Part shown: positions 31,758 to 41,756 of the stretch, piece by piece
Numbering within the stretch: the first letter of the stretch is position 1
Layout: each line of letters opens with the position of its first letter
Virus record (IMG/VR): IMGVR_UViG_3300004369_000015
Coordinates: 1 to 62,151 of that record
Reading direction: 5' to 3' (one strand)
Length of the DNA stretch: 62,151 nt
Source: a virus
Taxonomy: Duplodnaviria; Caudoviricetes
Program-made: the position numbers and the translations under genes
The notes under the pieces: generated by a model
Told to the model about the DNA's origin: nothing
The model's database searches: none
What the model saw: only the letters and a program-made list of their open reading frames with translations

Positions 31758-32237
31758 TTATTTACCACACGGGCCTTCTCCTGCCCAACCACCATCTTGC
31801 CAAATGTAGTAAAAAGCCATCCCCGGTTCTCTATAAACTCCATTGTCAGCAGGTTGAGTCCCTGCAGGGTCTGACCAAATAGGAACATTAAACCAATTAC
31901 CCTGAGATTGGTCATAAAAAATATCCATAGGTATACCACCAAAACAAATATCCTCTTCATTGGGCGAGAACTCAACAGTGAAGACAACAAGTCCACCACC
32001 GCCTCCTCCTGAAGAGAAGTCCTCGTCATATCCATAAAACTCAGACATTGCGTGAGGTGTTGCTCCATCAGGGAATAGTGGCCCCTGTGTGTTGATAGGC
32101 GGGTATGCCCCAACCCCTGCAGATAAATCGTTCAGGCTTATAGGAGTACCAACAAGGCCGGGAGAGTTGTAGTCATTATTAACCCTCTCATTGGCTATAG
32201 CCCAAAGTGATAATGTTCCTGAACCCGGTACTGCCAT
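31758..32237 (-). CDS. Tail fibre tip/adhesin-like protein
   Basis: MAVPGSGTLSL...MSEFYGY N-terminus, typical of genes following S74 fibres. Confidence 0.6.
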   Translation of the reverse strand: MAVPGSGTLSLWAIANERVNNDYNSPGLVGTPISLNDLSAGVGAYPPINTQGPLFPDGATPHAMSEFYGYDEDFSSGGGGGGLVVFTVEFSPNEEDICFGGIPMDIFYDQSQGNWFNVPIWSDPAGTQPADNGVYREPGMAFYYIWQDGGWAGEGPCGK

Positions 32238-35200
32238 TACTCTCCTAACTTAGCCTTCAGTTCCTTAACCTCGGCTGACAACTCCTTAACTGCCTCAATA
32301 AGAACACCTACGAGGTTGCCATAAGCAACACCCAAGTATTCTCCTTCTTCTGATACAACCTCAGGAATTACCTCGAGAACTTCTTGAGCAATCACACCTA
32401 CGCTCTTCTTACCATCCTTATCGTATGACACACCTCTCAATGCCTCTACCTTCTCGAGCGCATTATCAATGGTCTCAACGTTAGACTTCAATCGCATATC
32501 GGAATACGCAACAATGTCACCCGTTGCAGTGAACGTACCCGTCAATGAATTACCACTGCTCGAAAGGTTACCCAATCCTACTTGAGATGGGGTATGGCTA
32601 TGAGACAACGCTGCTGCTCCAATATCAGTAGCGGTCAGAGTTCTTGTGCCCATACTTGTAATCACACCATCGGTAACGTAGATATTATCGATGATAGTAG
32701 ACCCTGAAGTATCGATATCGGTATCCGTTCCGATAATAGTATTATACGTACCTGCGGGTTGATAGTTACCTGCGGGTTGATATAGCACATCTGCCTCGGG
32801 TTGAGTTAGATACTCAGCAGGGATAGATGTAAGATACTCAGAGTGAGTATGAGATGCGTAAGCATATCGTCCATCGATGTCGATAGAGTTGCCACCACTA
32901 ATAGCAATGACACCTGTACTACCGTTCCAAGAAAGTGTTTGACTATCTGTCTGTGAAGTAAGGTATCCCTGTTGCTGAACCCAAGTGCGAGTTGCAGCGA
33001 TGTCGCCACCGATATATACCAATCCTGTAATCTCAGACGCAAATTGGAAACTACCACTTGAGTTTACACCAAAGTATCCCTGTCTGTCTCCTTCAGAATC
33101 CAAGAACTGAATGTAGTTCCATCCTGCGTTCTTAACTCCTGCAGTACCACCAAGCCCTGTTTGCTTCAGGTTTAAGATTCCATCACTGCTGCTCTCAATA
33201 GTTACCGCATTGGTAAATGTAGTAAGAGTTCCTGTAGAAGAGGGGAGACCCGTGATGTACCCTGCGCCATTAGTGAGTTGGTTGTTGTTTGTGATATAGT
33301 TTGCATTGGTTGCTCCCGTATATCCCAAATCCGCAAGAGTGAGGGTTCTTGTCCCCATACTTGTAATAACACCATCTGTGACATATATGTTATCAATTAT
33401 GGTGGCTCCACTTGTATCAATATCAGTATCAGTACCAATAATAGTATTGTATGTACCTGCAGGTTGATAGTTGCCAATTGGCTGATACAGTGTATCTGCC
33501 TCGGGTTGTGTTAAATATTCTGCAGGAATAGATGTGAGATATCCCGCACTTGCGTGATTCCCCCATCCATATGCAGTATTCCAATTGCTTGAGTTGCCTC
33601 CTGATGCCCAAATAGTATTACTTACACGTAGGCCATCTGACTTTAGGGTCATCTCTTCGGTACTTGAAATCAACCATCTGTGGTATTCATTACCATTGTC
33701 AGAGGTTGCATACTCAAGTCTTGAGTTGGTATCACCATCGCTCGTGTTGTAGAACTTAATGTAAGCACCGTCTGTGTTTCTACTCCAAACAAGTCCCTCG
33801 GCATCATCACCCCAAGTGATATTGCCCGTCATAGTTCCACCTGAAAGTGGCAAATATGAGTGGGTGTGGTTGCTTGGTGCTTTACCATCAAGGGCCGTTT
33901 GCAGACCATCAACGTTGGCAATCGTATGATTGTGCGAATCATCTGCTACAGTTACGCTCAATGTAGCGTTGCCCATATTGGTGAAGGTAGCAGTACCTGA
34001 CGCATCTCCACTTAGAGTTAACGTCATATCGTGAGTGCTATCCAACTTGCCACCAATCTGACCTGCGATAGTCGTTGCAAAGTTGGGGTCATCTCCCAAC
34101 GCTGCAGCCAACTCGTTCAATGTGTTAAGCGTTGCAGGGGCAGTATCTACAACCGCAGCAACTGCTGAGGTTACGTAAGCCTCTGTAGCATATCCACTAA
34201 GTGCAGAACTTGTAATGTATCCCGCACCGTTGGTCAACTGATTGTTATTGGTGATATAGTTAGCATTCGTAGCACCTGTGTAACCAAGGTTAGCGAGGGT
34301 CAATGACCTTGTAGTATGCGCAGTGATTACACCATCAGTCATCGTAAGGCTGCTCACAATTGTAGCACCCGATGTACTGATATCTGTGTCAGTACCAATA
34401 ATGGTATTATAAGTACCCGCAGGTTGGTAATTGCCAATAGGTTGGTATAGAGTGTCAGCCTCGGGCTGAGTCAAATATTCTGCAGGTATAGAAGTCAAAT
34501 AACCACTCAACGCTGCTGATGTAATATACCCCGCACCATTTGTTAGTTGGTTATTGTTCGTAATGTAGTTTGCGTTAGTCGCACCCGTATAGCCTAAGTT
34601 AGCAAGAGTTAGAGTACGTGTACCCATACTCGTGATAACACCATCAGTTACATAGATATTGTCAATGATTTGAGCACCTGTTGTATCTATATCAGTGTCC
34701 GTACCAATTATTGTGTTATAGGTTCCTGCGGGTTGATAGTTGCCAACAGGTTGGTAACGAGCATCTCCTTCTGTTTCTGTAAGATATTCGGCAGGGATAG
34801 AGGTAAGATATCCTGAGTTGTTGGTAAACATAGAGATATTACCCGAAACGTTCTGAAGGACTCCCGTGTTAGAAAGCCTTAGTGTTCCGTTTGTATATAA
34901 AGCAGAATCCTCTAAGTCAAATTGAGTACCACCCCTAATAACCAACGGGTACTTGTCATATGCAGTACCCTGCCATTCCTTTACGTGGAATACGAATCTA
35001 TCGTTGTTTGTGGCATTGTCTCTTAATTGAAATACTAAGTCAATGCTATCTGATGCAGGTTGATATGCATACAAACGTGCACCATCATTGTTTAATGTCC
35101 AATCGAAACCTTTACCTGTGGTAGGGAATGTACCTGACAGGTCTTGGAAAATTAAGTCGGCATTGTTGCCAAGGGTTACATTACCATTGAATGTAACAGG

Positions 35201-35803
35201 AGTGCTCGTACTTGCTCCACGTCCCGTAACACTTGCGAGTGTATCTGTCTCTGTGTAGCCTGTAATATAACCTGCTCCGTTAGTGAGTTGGTTATTGTTT
35301 GTTATGTAGTTAGCGTTAGTTGCGCCTGTGTATCCTAAATCAGCGAGTGTTAGGGTTCGAGTACCCATAGATTGAATGACACCATCTGTTACGTTGATAT
35401 AATCAAAGATGGTAGCACCACTCGTGTTAATGTCCGTATCGGTACCAATGATGGTATTGTACGTCCCGGCTGCCTGTTTGGTAGCCAATAAGTTGTTGAC
35501 CTCGGTTTCGGTATAGTACCTACCATCCAAGTTCACGTTGTTACCATTACTAATGGTAAGAGTTCCCCCACTGAGACTCAAGGTCTGAGAGTCAGTCTGA
35601 GAAGTTAAAAAACTCTGTGCGTTTACCCACGCCTGTGTAGCGTAACCACTTAAAGCAGAAGACGTAATGTATCCTGCTCCGTTTGTTAGTTGATTAGTGT
35701 TTGTAGGAATGGTAGTGGAACTGAAGGCGTTAGCCCCCAATTCCACTCCATTTACCGCTACAACACCGTCAACACTGATATCATCTTTAAATCGTATTGA
35801 CAT
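32237..35803 (-). CDS. Long tail fibre with internal repeats and C-terminal peptidase S74 chaperone
   Basis: SDMRLKSNV...GVIAQEV; TLNELAAALGDDPNFATT; HxH motifs; five large repeats. Confidence 0.85.
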   Translation of the reverse strand: MSIRFKDDISVDGVVAVNGVELGANAFSSTTIPTNTNQLTNGAGYITSSALSGYATQAWVNAQSFLTSQTDSQTLSLSGGTLTISNGNNVNLDGRYYTETEVNNLLATKQAAGTYNTIIGTDTDINTSGATIFDYINVTDGVIQSMGTRTLTLADLGYTGATNANYITNNNQLTNGAGYITGYTETDTLASVTGRGASTSTPVTFNGNVTLGNNADLIFQDLSGTFPTTGKGFDWTLNNDGARLYAYQPASDSIDLVFQLRDNATNNDRFVFHVKEWQGTAYDKYPLVIRGGTQFDLEDSALYTNGTLRLSNTGVLQNVSGNISMFTNNSGYLTSIPAEYLTETEGDARYQPVGNYQPAGTYNTIIGTDTDIDTTGAQIIDNIYVTDGVITSMGTRTLTLANLGYTGATNANYITNNNQLTNGAGYITSAALSGYLTSIPAEYLTQPEADTLYQPIGNYQPAGTYNTIIGTDTDISTSGATIVSSLTMTDGVITAHTTRSLTLANLGYTGATNANYITNNNQLTNGAGYITSSALSGYATEAYVTSAVAAVVDTAPATLNTLNELAAALGDDPNFATTIAGQIGGKLDSTHDMTLTLSGDASGTATFTNMGNATLSVTVADDSHNHTIANVDGLQTALDGKAPSNHTHSYLPLSGGTMTGNITWGDDAEGLVWSRNTDGAYIKFYNTSDGDTNSRLEYATSDNGNEYHRWLISSTEEMTLKSDGLRVSNTIWASGGNSSNWNTAYGWGNHASAGYLTSIPAEYLTQPEADTLYQPIGNYQPAGTYNTIIGTDTDIDTSGATIIDNIYVTDGVITSMGTRTLTLADLGYTGATNANYITNNNQLTNGAGYITGLPSSTGTLTTFTNAVTIESSSDGILNLKQTGLGGTAGVKNAGWNYIQFLDSEGDRQGYFGVNSSGSFQFASEITGLVYIGGDIAATRTWVQQQGYLTSQTDSQTLSWNGSTGVIAISGGNSIDIDGRYAYASHTHSEYLTSIPAEYLTQPEADVLYQPAGNYQPAGTYNTIIGTDTDIDTSGSTIIDNIYVTDGVITSMGTRTLTATDIGAAALSHSHTPSQVGLGNLSSSGNSLTGTFTATGDIVAYSDMRLKSNVETIDNALEKVEALRGVSYDKDGKKSVGVIAQEVLEVIPEVVSEEGEYLGVAYGNLVGVLIEAVKELSAEVKELKAKLGE

Positions 35804-35816
35804 ATTATTTTATTTA

Positions 35817-38030
35817 TTATACCCCAATTGCCTTCACAAGGATTCTTGCTGCAGCAGGTGCGAGGGGAACTTTCGTTGTAACTGAAACGTCATTTGATGA
35901 AGTACGCTCAACAGTCAGCATCAACGTATCGAATGGAGCAATGTTAGAGTAAATCTGAACCATTACATCCTGAGTATTCAAGTTGTGGCTAATGACTAAC
36001 GTTGTGTTCACACCGTCACCAATGTTATCTACGAATTCAGTTGCACTTCTTTCAGCAGCACGAACCTCAGCAGCGAAGTTAGTTACCTGAGATGCAGCAA
36101 TCTGAATAGAAGTATTCGATGCAGCAGTAACCAAACCTTTGCCGTTCACAGTGAACGTTCCTACTGAAGAAGCAGTACCAAACGTACCAACGTTTGAGTT
36201 GACCGTATCAAGGGTCAAGTTCAATGCTACGTTACCTGTTCCATTGAAAGAAACGTTAGGAGCAGAACCATCACCTGTGATGCTGAAGTTACGAGAGGTT
36301 GCAAGAGCAGTTGCAGTATCTGCATTACCCGTTAAGGCACCCGTTACATCACCAATCAAGTCAGCATTAAGTACACCTGTAGTTAATCCTGTTACAGTTC
36401 CCGTAGGCTCAGTAGTTGTAGAACCAAGATACCAAACAGTCTTAACACCACTTGCAGAAGCATCGTAGAAGAAAGCAGGGTATGAGGTTGTTGCTGATAC
36501 TACACGCTTACCATAGAAACCGATGTCAAGTGTATTGCCCGTGTTGTCCTTGGCATACATAAACATACTGTCGGTAACCGCAACAATAGTAGAATCAAAC
36601 GTGGTAGTAGTCCCCGTTACGTTCAAGTTACCTGCGATAGTTACAGTGGTTCCATCGTCAGTAACCAAAGAGTTGGTCAACTGATTGTTGGTGTTGTCCC
36701 ACTTCATCATCGTGTTGGCACTCAACGCTGCATAGTTCTTCAATCTCAAAGAACCTGAAGACGTAATAGTACCACCTGTCAAACCACCATCAACAGGAGT
36801 AGCGATAGAAGTTACCGTACCTGTAGTAGATGTAAATGGCAAGTCAGCAACTGAGTAGTATTCAGCATTCTGAGCACTGTCTGAAACAAGGATGTTCCAA
36901 TCAGGCATAATCGGAGTACCTACCTTATTGGTGGCATCCAAGATTACGTTGTTAGCACCTGCGTAGTCTACGTCAAGAGTTACAGAATCACCAAGAGCAA
37001 CAGACACTGCGCTCACGTTCAGACCCAAACCACCTACAATGCTGATGCTGCTATTAGCAAGAGAAGAGTTAGGTACGTTTAAAAGACCGATAGCCAAAGA
37101 ACCTGAGGTAGTGATAGGGCCACCTGTTACGGTAACTCCACCTGCACCCGTAGCGTTTACGCTCGTTACAGTACCCGTGTTGCTTGTCCAACCTAAGTCG
37201 TTATTCATTCCTGACAAGGCGATGTTAGCCTTAGTCAATTTCTTCTGAGCACCTACAGTGTCAACTACAACGAAGTAGTCACCATCACCGTTAGTGGTTG
37301 ACGTAGTCAACTCGTTCAAGTCAACATCGATAGTGATGTTACCTGAGGTAGTGATAGGGTTAGTACCACTCAAGTCAATCAACGCACCTGCAGTAAGTTG
37401 AACGCTTGTTACAGTACCGCCTGAGTTTACAGGAGTAGCCCAAGTGTTGTCACCGCGCAAGAACTTAGTAGCATCAGGAGTACCCGTAGCAGAAAGTTCT
37501 GCGCTAATAGTACCTGAAGATGTGATAGTACCACCGGATACGTTTACATATGTACCGTTAGAAGTACCAACACTTGTTACTGTACCTTGATTGTTGCTGA
37601 AAGGCAAGTCAGATACAAGACCCTTCTTAACGTTGTTGTCACTCGCATCGTGGTATACGATGGTATCCAAAAGATTGATGTCAACACCCTCAAGGTTTGT
37701 AGCAGAATCAATGAAGTTGTTTGTACCTGTGTAGTCAAGAGCAACGTTGGTAGAGTTTACTTGGATACCTGTACCTGCGCCAACAGTCAGAGTAACAGTA
37801 CCTGAACTACCTCCACCTGTAAGACCGTTACCTGCGTTTACACCGGAGATATCTCCTGAACCGTCCAAGTTAATCCACGCTGACCCGTTGTAATACTTTA
37901 ACGAGTTCGTTGTCGTGTTGTAAATAATCTGCCCCGTAAATCCTGTGGGGTCTGTTGCAAGTTGCTGCAACGATGCATTGAGGAGTTGTCCTTCCTCAAG
38001 CGAGATGTTGTCTAAAAATTTAATAGCCAT
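35817..38030 (-). CDS. Tail fibre protein
   Basis: GTVTSV / GGxITxSG repeats; HNLNT C-terminal domain. Confidence 0.75.
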   Translation of the reverse strand: MAIKFLDNISLEEGQLLNASLQQLATDPTGFTGQIIYNTTTNSLKYYNGSAWINLDGSGDISGVNAGNGLTGGGSSGTVTLTVGAGTGIQVNSTNVALDYTGTNNFIDSATNLEGVDINLLDTIVYHDASDNNVKKGLVSDLPFSNNQGTVTSVGTSNGTYVNVSGGTITSSGTISAELSATGTPDATKFLRGDNTWATPVNSGGTVTSVQLTAGALIDLSGTNPITTSGNITIDVDLNELTTSTTNGDGDYFVVVDTVGAQKKLTKANIALSGMNNDLGWTSNTGTVTSVNATGAGGVTVTGGPITTSGSLAIGLLNVPNSSLANSSISIVGGLGLNVSAVSVALGDSVTLDVDYAGANNVILDATNKVGTPIMPDWNILVSDSAQNAEYYSVADLPFTSTTGTVTSIATPVDGGLTGGTITSSGSLRLKNYAALSANTMMKWDNTNNQLTNSLVTDDGTTVTIAGNLNVTGTTTTFDSTIVAVTDSMFMYAKDNTGNTLDIGFYGKRVVSATTSYPAFFYDASASGVKTVWYLGSTTTEPTGTVTGLTTGVLNADLIGDVTGALTGNADTATALATSRNFSITGDGSAPNVSFNGTGNVALNLTLDTVNSNVGTFGTASSVGTFTVNGKGLVTAASNTSIQIAASQVTNFAAEVRAAERSATEFVDNIGDGVNTTLVISHNLNTQDVMVQIYSNIAPFDTLMLTVERTSSNDVSVTTKVPLAPAAARILVKAIGV

Positions 38031-38053
38031 AACCTGTTTTTGTTTTTGTTTAC

Positions 38054-38788
38054 TTAGTTAAAAAATGCCTCACCTGAGAATGGGGCTTTGAATCTTAAAG
38101 TGCATTGGTTGAGTGAATTGTATTCGACTTCCCCATAAACGGTTGTACCTGCAGAATCAACCACAGTTACAGAGGCGTATTTATTTAAGTTATGGCTCAC
38201 TACCCATACGCTTGAGGGTACTGCCTGAGAGTAAACAAAGTTCTTGTCACTAACGGGCGTTGGGCCGATTGAAGTTAGTTGCAACAAGGAGATAAAATAA
38301 TCCTTGCCGTTGTTTAAGTTTCCATTGCTCGATACCCAAGTCAATCCAATATCATAGAAAGTTGGTTCGAGTGTATTTGCAACTGAGGAGTCCCAAAGGA
38401 ATATCCCCCAATTGTTTTTATTGTCTGTCTGTGTAATCAGTACGTATGCTCCCGTAAGTGGGTTGCTATAGTAATCCTTAATAGGAAGTGCTGAACCGTA
38501 TTCGTATTCGCTTAGTAAGAACCCTGAGATGGAAGCAAAAGAAGTATAAGGAAACGGCTGAGGTGAAGTGAACGAGATAGTACCGTTCTCTCTCAGGTCT
38601 CCTGTTTGCCAATCCTGATATCTGAATCGAAGACTGTCGCTCTGAATCTTGTTGGCAGAATTTAGAAACTCAGCAACCTTGTTAACCGTAAAGTTCTTGG
38701 TTGCGTTACCAAACTGAGCATCAGAACCAATCCACTTATCTCCTCCTGATATGGCCGTATCTATTGGATATGTGCTTATTCTTGCCAT
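38054..38788 (-). CDS. Tail fibre-associated structural protein
   Basis: N-terminus like that of 31456 (ISTY.ID...TKN); WVVSHNLNKY domain. Confidence 0.6.
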   Translation of the reverse strand: MARISTYPIDTAISGGDKWIGSDAQFGNATKNFTVNKVAEFLNSANKIQSDSLRFRYQDWQTGDLRENGTISFTSPQPFPYTSFASISGFLLSEYEYGSALPIKDYYSNPLTGAYVLITQTDNKNNWGIFLWDSSVANTLEPTFYDIGLTWVSSNGNLNNGKDYFISLLQLTSIGPTPVSDKNFVYSQAVPSSVWVVSHNLNKYASVTVVDSAGTTVYGEVEYNSLNQCTLRFKAPFSGEAFFN

Positions 38789-38814
38789 CTATTTATATAT
38801 ACCTTTTCAAAATA

Positions 38815-38822
38815 CAAAGGTA
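38815..38822 (-). promoter_or_regulatory. -7 promoter element TACCTTTG
   Basis: TAnnTTTG upstream of the fibre block. Confidence 0.55.
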
Positions 38823-38833
38823 CACATTTAAAT

Positions 38834-39301
38834 CTATAGGTTTTCCTTGACGGCACTCCCGTAGAAGTAGCCGAAGATTGATAACACCACGCCTTCACAT
38901 ATACCGATAAGGTGAATCCACACCTCTTTATTCTCCTCGGGAATGTCCAAATAAACGATAGCGTACACAATAAACACGAAAGCCCCAAGGCCAATAATGC
39001 CTGTGAGGTTAAACATAAAGTCGAACCGTCCTGTCTTGGCAATCTCTGTTTCCCTCTTACGTGCAGAGTCTCTATCTGCTACCTCAAGAGCATACAGTTC
39101 CTTTAGTTGTGAATGTGCTTGGTCTTTTTCCTCGGGGGTTAGGTTAGGGTTATCGTCAATCAGTCTTGCAACTGCCTTTAATAATCCCGCATCGGGAATG
39201 ATTTCTCCCGCAACAGTTAGAATCTCGGGGGCTTTGCCCACGAGAAATTTTCCAACCTTAGTTTCTTTAAACGTTTTCCTTGGTTTCTTCTCCTGTTCCA
39301 T
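38834..39301 (-). CDS. Holin-like membrane protein
   Basis: DRDSARKRE followed by two TM helices ending YFYGS; next to the endolysin. Confidence 0.6.
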   Translation of the reverse strand: MEQEKKPRKTFKETKVGKFLVGKAPEILTVAGEIIPDAGLLKAVARLIDDNPNLTPEEKDQAHSQLKELYALEVADRDSARKRETEIAKTGRFDFMFNLTGIIGLGAFVFIVYAIVYLDIPEENKEVWIHLIGICEGVVLSIFGYFYGSAVKENL

Positions 39302-39725
39302 TATAGTAATCGCTTATCCATTTGTATTCAGTGGTAGCATCAAAACTTGGACAGGCTTTATTTGCAAAGTCACGGTGACCGTAAACTACTGCATCGGAAT
39401 ACGTAGACTTGAGGTCTAACAATAGTTGCTCAAGCGCAACCTTCTGCTCGGGTGTTCTTGTGTCCTTGGCTTTGGTATACTCTTTATTCATACCGCCAAC
39501 GTAACATATTCCAATTGAGTTTTGATTCTGACCGATAGTGTGTGCTCCCGTTTTTTCAATTGGCCTACCCTCGTGTACACTTCCGTCCAAGTATACTACA
39601 TAGTGGTATCCAACATCACTCCACCCTCTGCCTTTAACGTGCCAATTTCTAATCTGCTCGACAGTGATATGCTGCCCCTCTCGGGTGGCTGCACAGTGTA
39701 CGATAAGTTTATTTATCTTTCTCAT
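39267..39725 (-). CDS. Endolysin, N-acetylmuramoyl-L-alanine amidase (T7 lysozyme-like)
   Basis: IVHCAAT, GWSDVGYHY, SIGICYVGG, GHRD..KACPSFD. Confidence 0.92.
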   Translation of the reverse strand: MRKINKLIVHCAATREGQHITVEQIRNWHVKGRGWSDVGYHYVVYLDGSVHEGRPIEKTGAHTIGQNQNSIGICYVGGMNKEYTKAKDTRTPEQKVALEQLLLDLKSTYSDAVVYGHRDFANKACPSFDATTEYKWISDYYNGTGEETKENV

Positions 39726-40033
39726 TTGTTTTTAAGCCTCTCATTCTCTTTCTCAAGGAACTCAACCTTGATGCGAAGTGCCGAAACCTCTTCAGTCAAT
39801 CTTAGAACCTGCATTCTCAGTTCGTCCTTCTCGTTAGAACTCTGAGCGAGTAACGATTCTAAGTTACGCACTCTGTTTTTTAAATCATCCCTGTATTGCA
39901 CACCGTCTGAATTTTCGTAATCTGACCTTCTGTTTTCTTGACGGGCTTTGACTCTCGTTTCCAAGAACTTCCAAATCCCCGCAGACCCCGCAACGGTGAC
40001 TATTGTTATGATTATCTGCGTTATATTATCCAT
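39722..40033 (-). CDS. N-terminal TM plus coiled-coil lysis accessory protein
   Basis: Hydrophobic N-terminus and heptad pattern. Confidence 0.55.
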   Translation of the reverse strand: MDNITQIIITIVTVAGSAGIWKFLETRVKARQENRRSDYENSDGVQYRDDLKNRVRNLESLLAQSSNEKDELRMQVLRLTEEVSALRIKVEFLEKENERLKNK

Positions 40034-40394
40034 TGCTTCTATGTACCTTTTCGTGTATCAATCTTCGCATACATCCAAATGCAGCAAACACTAATACAAA
40101 CCAACCATAATGTGTAGGTGTCGGCATACCGATACGTGTTAAATACATTACGGCACACAGTACATAAACGGCAAACGTGATAACTGACGCTTTCAGTCTA
40201 CAGTTTATATCATCCTTGCTTACACAATATAACTGATATATTCCACTTGCAAAGATAATTAATCTCTCTATATGTAATCCCCCCAACTCCGCACCTATAG
40301 CCACGTGTGTAACGAGTACATTAGTCAATGCCAATGTAATCTCAGTAGGCTGAGAATCGCTTCGTGACCATATGTTCAGGAGCCTTCGTAACAT
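40026..40394 (-). CDS. Multi-pass membrane protein
   Basis: 3-4 hydrophobic segments. Confidence 0.6.
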   Translation of the reverse strand: MLRRLLNIWSRSDSQPTEITLALTNVLVTHVAIGAELGGLHIERLIIFASGIYQLYCVSKDDINCRLKASVITFAVYVLCAVMYLTRIGMPTPTHYGWFVLVFAAFGCMRRLIHEKVHRSNG

Positions 40395-40549
40395 TACTTG
40401 TTATATGGGAAGGCCCTATTTAATGTGTCTTGCCTTTTCTTGCAGCCACACTCTTTACCTGTAGCCTTTGATACTGTTTCGACTACCTTTTTAATTCCTG
40501 TTGCTTTGGTGATTTTTTCAATCGTATCACCCAACCCTTTTGATTTCAT
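40394..40549 (-). CDS. Small basic protein (51 aa, MKSKGLGDTIEKITKATGIKK...CGCKKRQ)
   Basis: Translated by hand; stop/start overlaps on both sides. Confidence 0.75.
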   Translation of the reverse strand: MKSKGLGDTIEKITKATGIKKVVETVSKATGKECGCKKRQDTLNRAFPYNK

Positions 40550-40653
40550 TATATCTTGAATAATAGTTTACTGACAATAGAGTTCCACCACAATTGGAAT
40601 GCTTTCCACATTGCTTGAATCTTCAATCCTAATTTTTCTAAAAACTTACCCAT
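40549..40653 (-). CDS. 34-aa amphipathic peptide MGKFLEKLGLKIQAMWKAFQLWWNSIVSKLLFKI
   Basis: Translated by hand; fills the gap exactly. Confidence 0.6.
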   Translation of the reverse strand: MGKFLEKLGLKIQAMWKAFQLWWNSIVSKLLFKI

Positions 40654-40665
40654 TTGTTTTTTACT

Positions 40666-40956
40666 TTAATATTTTCCCTTACGAGACTTTGGGGAAGACT
40701 GAGTATCCTTGCCCGGCCCTCCCCAAAGATTTTTACAAGCCCAATAACGTGCGGTTAGTTTGCTTGTGGCTGACGAACAATTGTGCCTTGCCTTAAAAGA
40801 CTTACGTGCTGCGGGTGAATAGTTATGGCCATACCCCTTTGCGCCAAAGTGAATCAACTTCTCTTGGCCGTTAGCACACGCTTTTACCATCTTTTTCTTC
40901 CCCGGCCTATCTGATTTCATAGGACGGTTGCAAGACATATTTGCTTTGTTCGCCAT
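40666..40956 (-). CDS. Small basic protein (IHFG...RKSFKARHNC...ARYWA type)
   Basis: ORF track; familiar phage motif. Confidence 0.75.
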   Translation of the reverse strand: MANKANMSCNRPMKSDRPGKKKMVKACANGQEKLIHFGAKGYGHNYSPAARKSFKARHNCSSATSKLTARYWACKNLWGGPGKDTQSSPKSRKGKY

Positions 40957-41097
40957 TTATTTTTTCTTCTTAGTATGAGAAAGGTAAACACTTTTTTTAG
41001 TGTGCGTCTTACCCGTCATCAACCTACCCTTGGCATCCTTGTGCGTCTTGCCCTTGTACAGAGTGCCGTCTTTTTTAAAGTGTGGTACGCCTTTCAT
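40957..41097 (-). CDS. Small basic His/Lys-rich protein (46 aa, MKGVPHFKKDG...)
   Basis: Translated by hand; abuts both neighbours. Confidence 0.7.
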   Translation of the reverse strand: MKGVPHFKKDGTLYKGKTHKDAKGRLMTGKTHTKKSVYLSHTKKKK

Positions 41098-41438
41098 CTT
41101 TTTACTGAACTAACTCTTTTACCCATTCCTACTCTTGACTTCTCCGCTTTCTTCTTAGCCAACTGAGAAGAACTCATTTCGGATTTGGTTACGGGTGTCT
41201 TTGAAGACACTCTCTTTGATGGACGACAATATTCATTCTTACCACCTGAGCCACACGGTTTACCCGTGCGAGTGTCAACCCACTTCTCGTCACCCCATCT
41301 TTTCAGTGCGGTTCCCTTAGCGGATTTAGTAACCATCCCCTTAGACTTACGACACTTTGCTATAGCCTGTGACGCTCGAGCAGAAGGGAATACCTTATAC
41401 TGAGACTTGACTTTTGTATAACAAGCATCCTTAGCCAT
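41094..41438 (-). CDS. Basic protein (DACYTKVK...PSA.AS...KCRK...LKRW.EKW)
   Basis: ORF track; contains the palindrome at 41195-41210. Confidence 0.75.
   Translation of the reverse strand: MAKDACYTKVKSQYKVFPSARASQAIAKCRKSKGMVTKSAKGTALKRWGDEKWVDTRTGKPCGSGGKNEYCRPSKRVSSKTPVTKSEMSSSQLAKKKAEKSRVGMGKRVSSVKR
41195..41210. repeat. 16-bp palindrome GTGTC-TTTGAA-GACAC
   Basis: Read directly. Confidence 0.9.
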
Positions 41439-41450
41439 TTGTTTTTTACT

Positions 41451-41603
41451 TTAATATTTCCCCTTACCTCCAACAATAACTTTATTGCTACCGCCCACAT
41501 AGGCTTCCTTGGTTTTCTTTCTACCAACTTGAAGGTTCTTGTTCTTAGAATCAGACATTCTGTCAATGACTGAGTTCTTTAAGTTTGATGAATTCTTATC
41601 CAT
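41451..41603 (-). CDS. Small basic protein (50 aa, ends KGKY)
   Basis: Translated by hand. Confidence 0.6.
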   Translation of the reverse strand: MDKNSSNLKNSVIDRMSDSKNKNLQVGRKKTKEAYVGGSNKVIVGGKGKY

Positions 41604-41615
41604 AGTGTTTATAGT

Positions 41616-41756
41616 TTATCTTCCTTGACCTCTGTATTTCTTACAGTAGTTCTTTGATGCTTTATTCTGTGACATCTTGGTCTTAGCGTGGATGCCCTTG
41701 TTATTTACCTTGGGCTTTACAATACGCTGAACAACGCCTTGCTTTATCTTCGCCAT
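41616..41756 (-). CDS. Small basic protein (46 aa, ends YRGQGR)
   Basis: Translated by hand. Confidence 0.7.
   Translation of the reverse strand: MAKIKQGVVQRIVKPKVNNKGIHAKTKMSQNKASKNYCKKYRGQGR

Noticed and set aside
32237-38788. Diversity-generating retroelement acting on the tail fibres
   Set aside because: No reverse transcriptase; repeat differences are mostly synonymous and not adenine-specific.
438-39845. Numerous short antisense or off-frame ORFs inside structural genes
   Set aside because: Shadows of the main frames with no recognisable motifs; 5590-5757 is the only exception kept.
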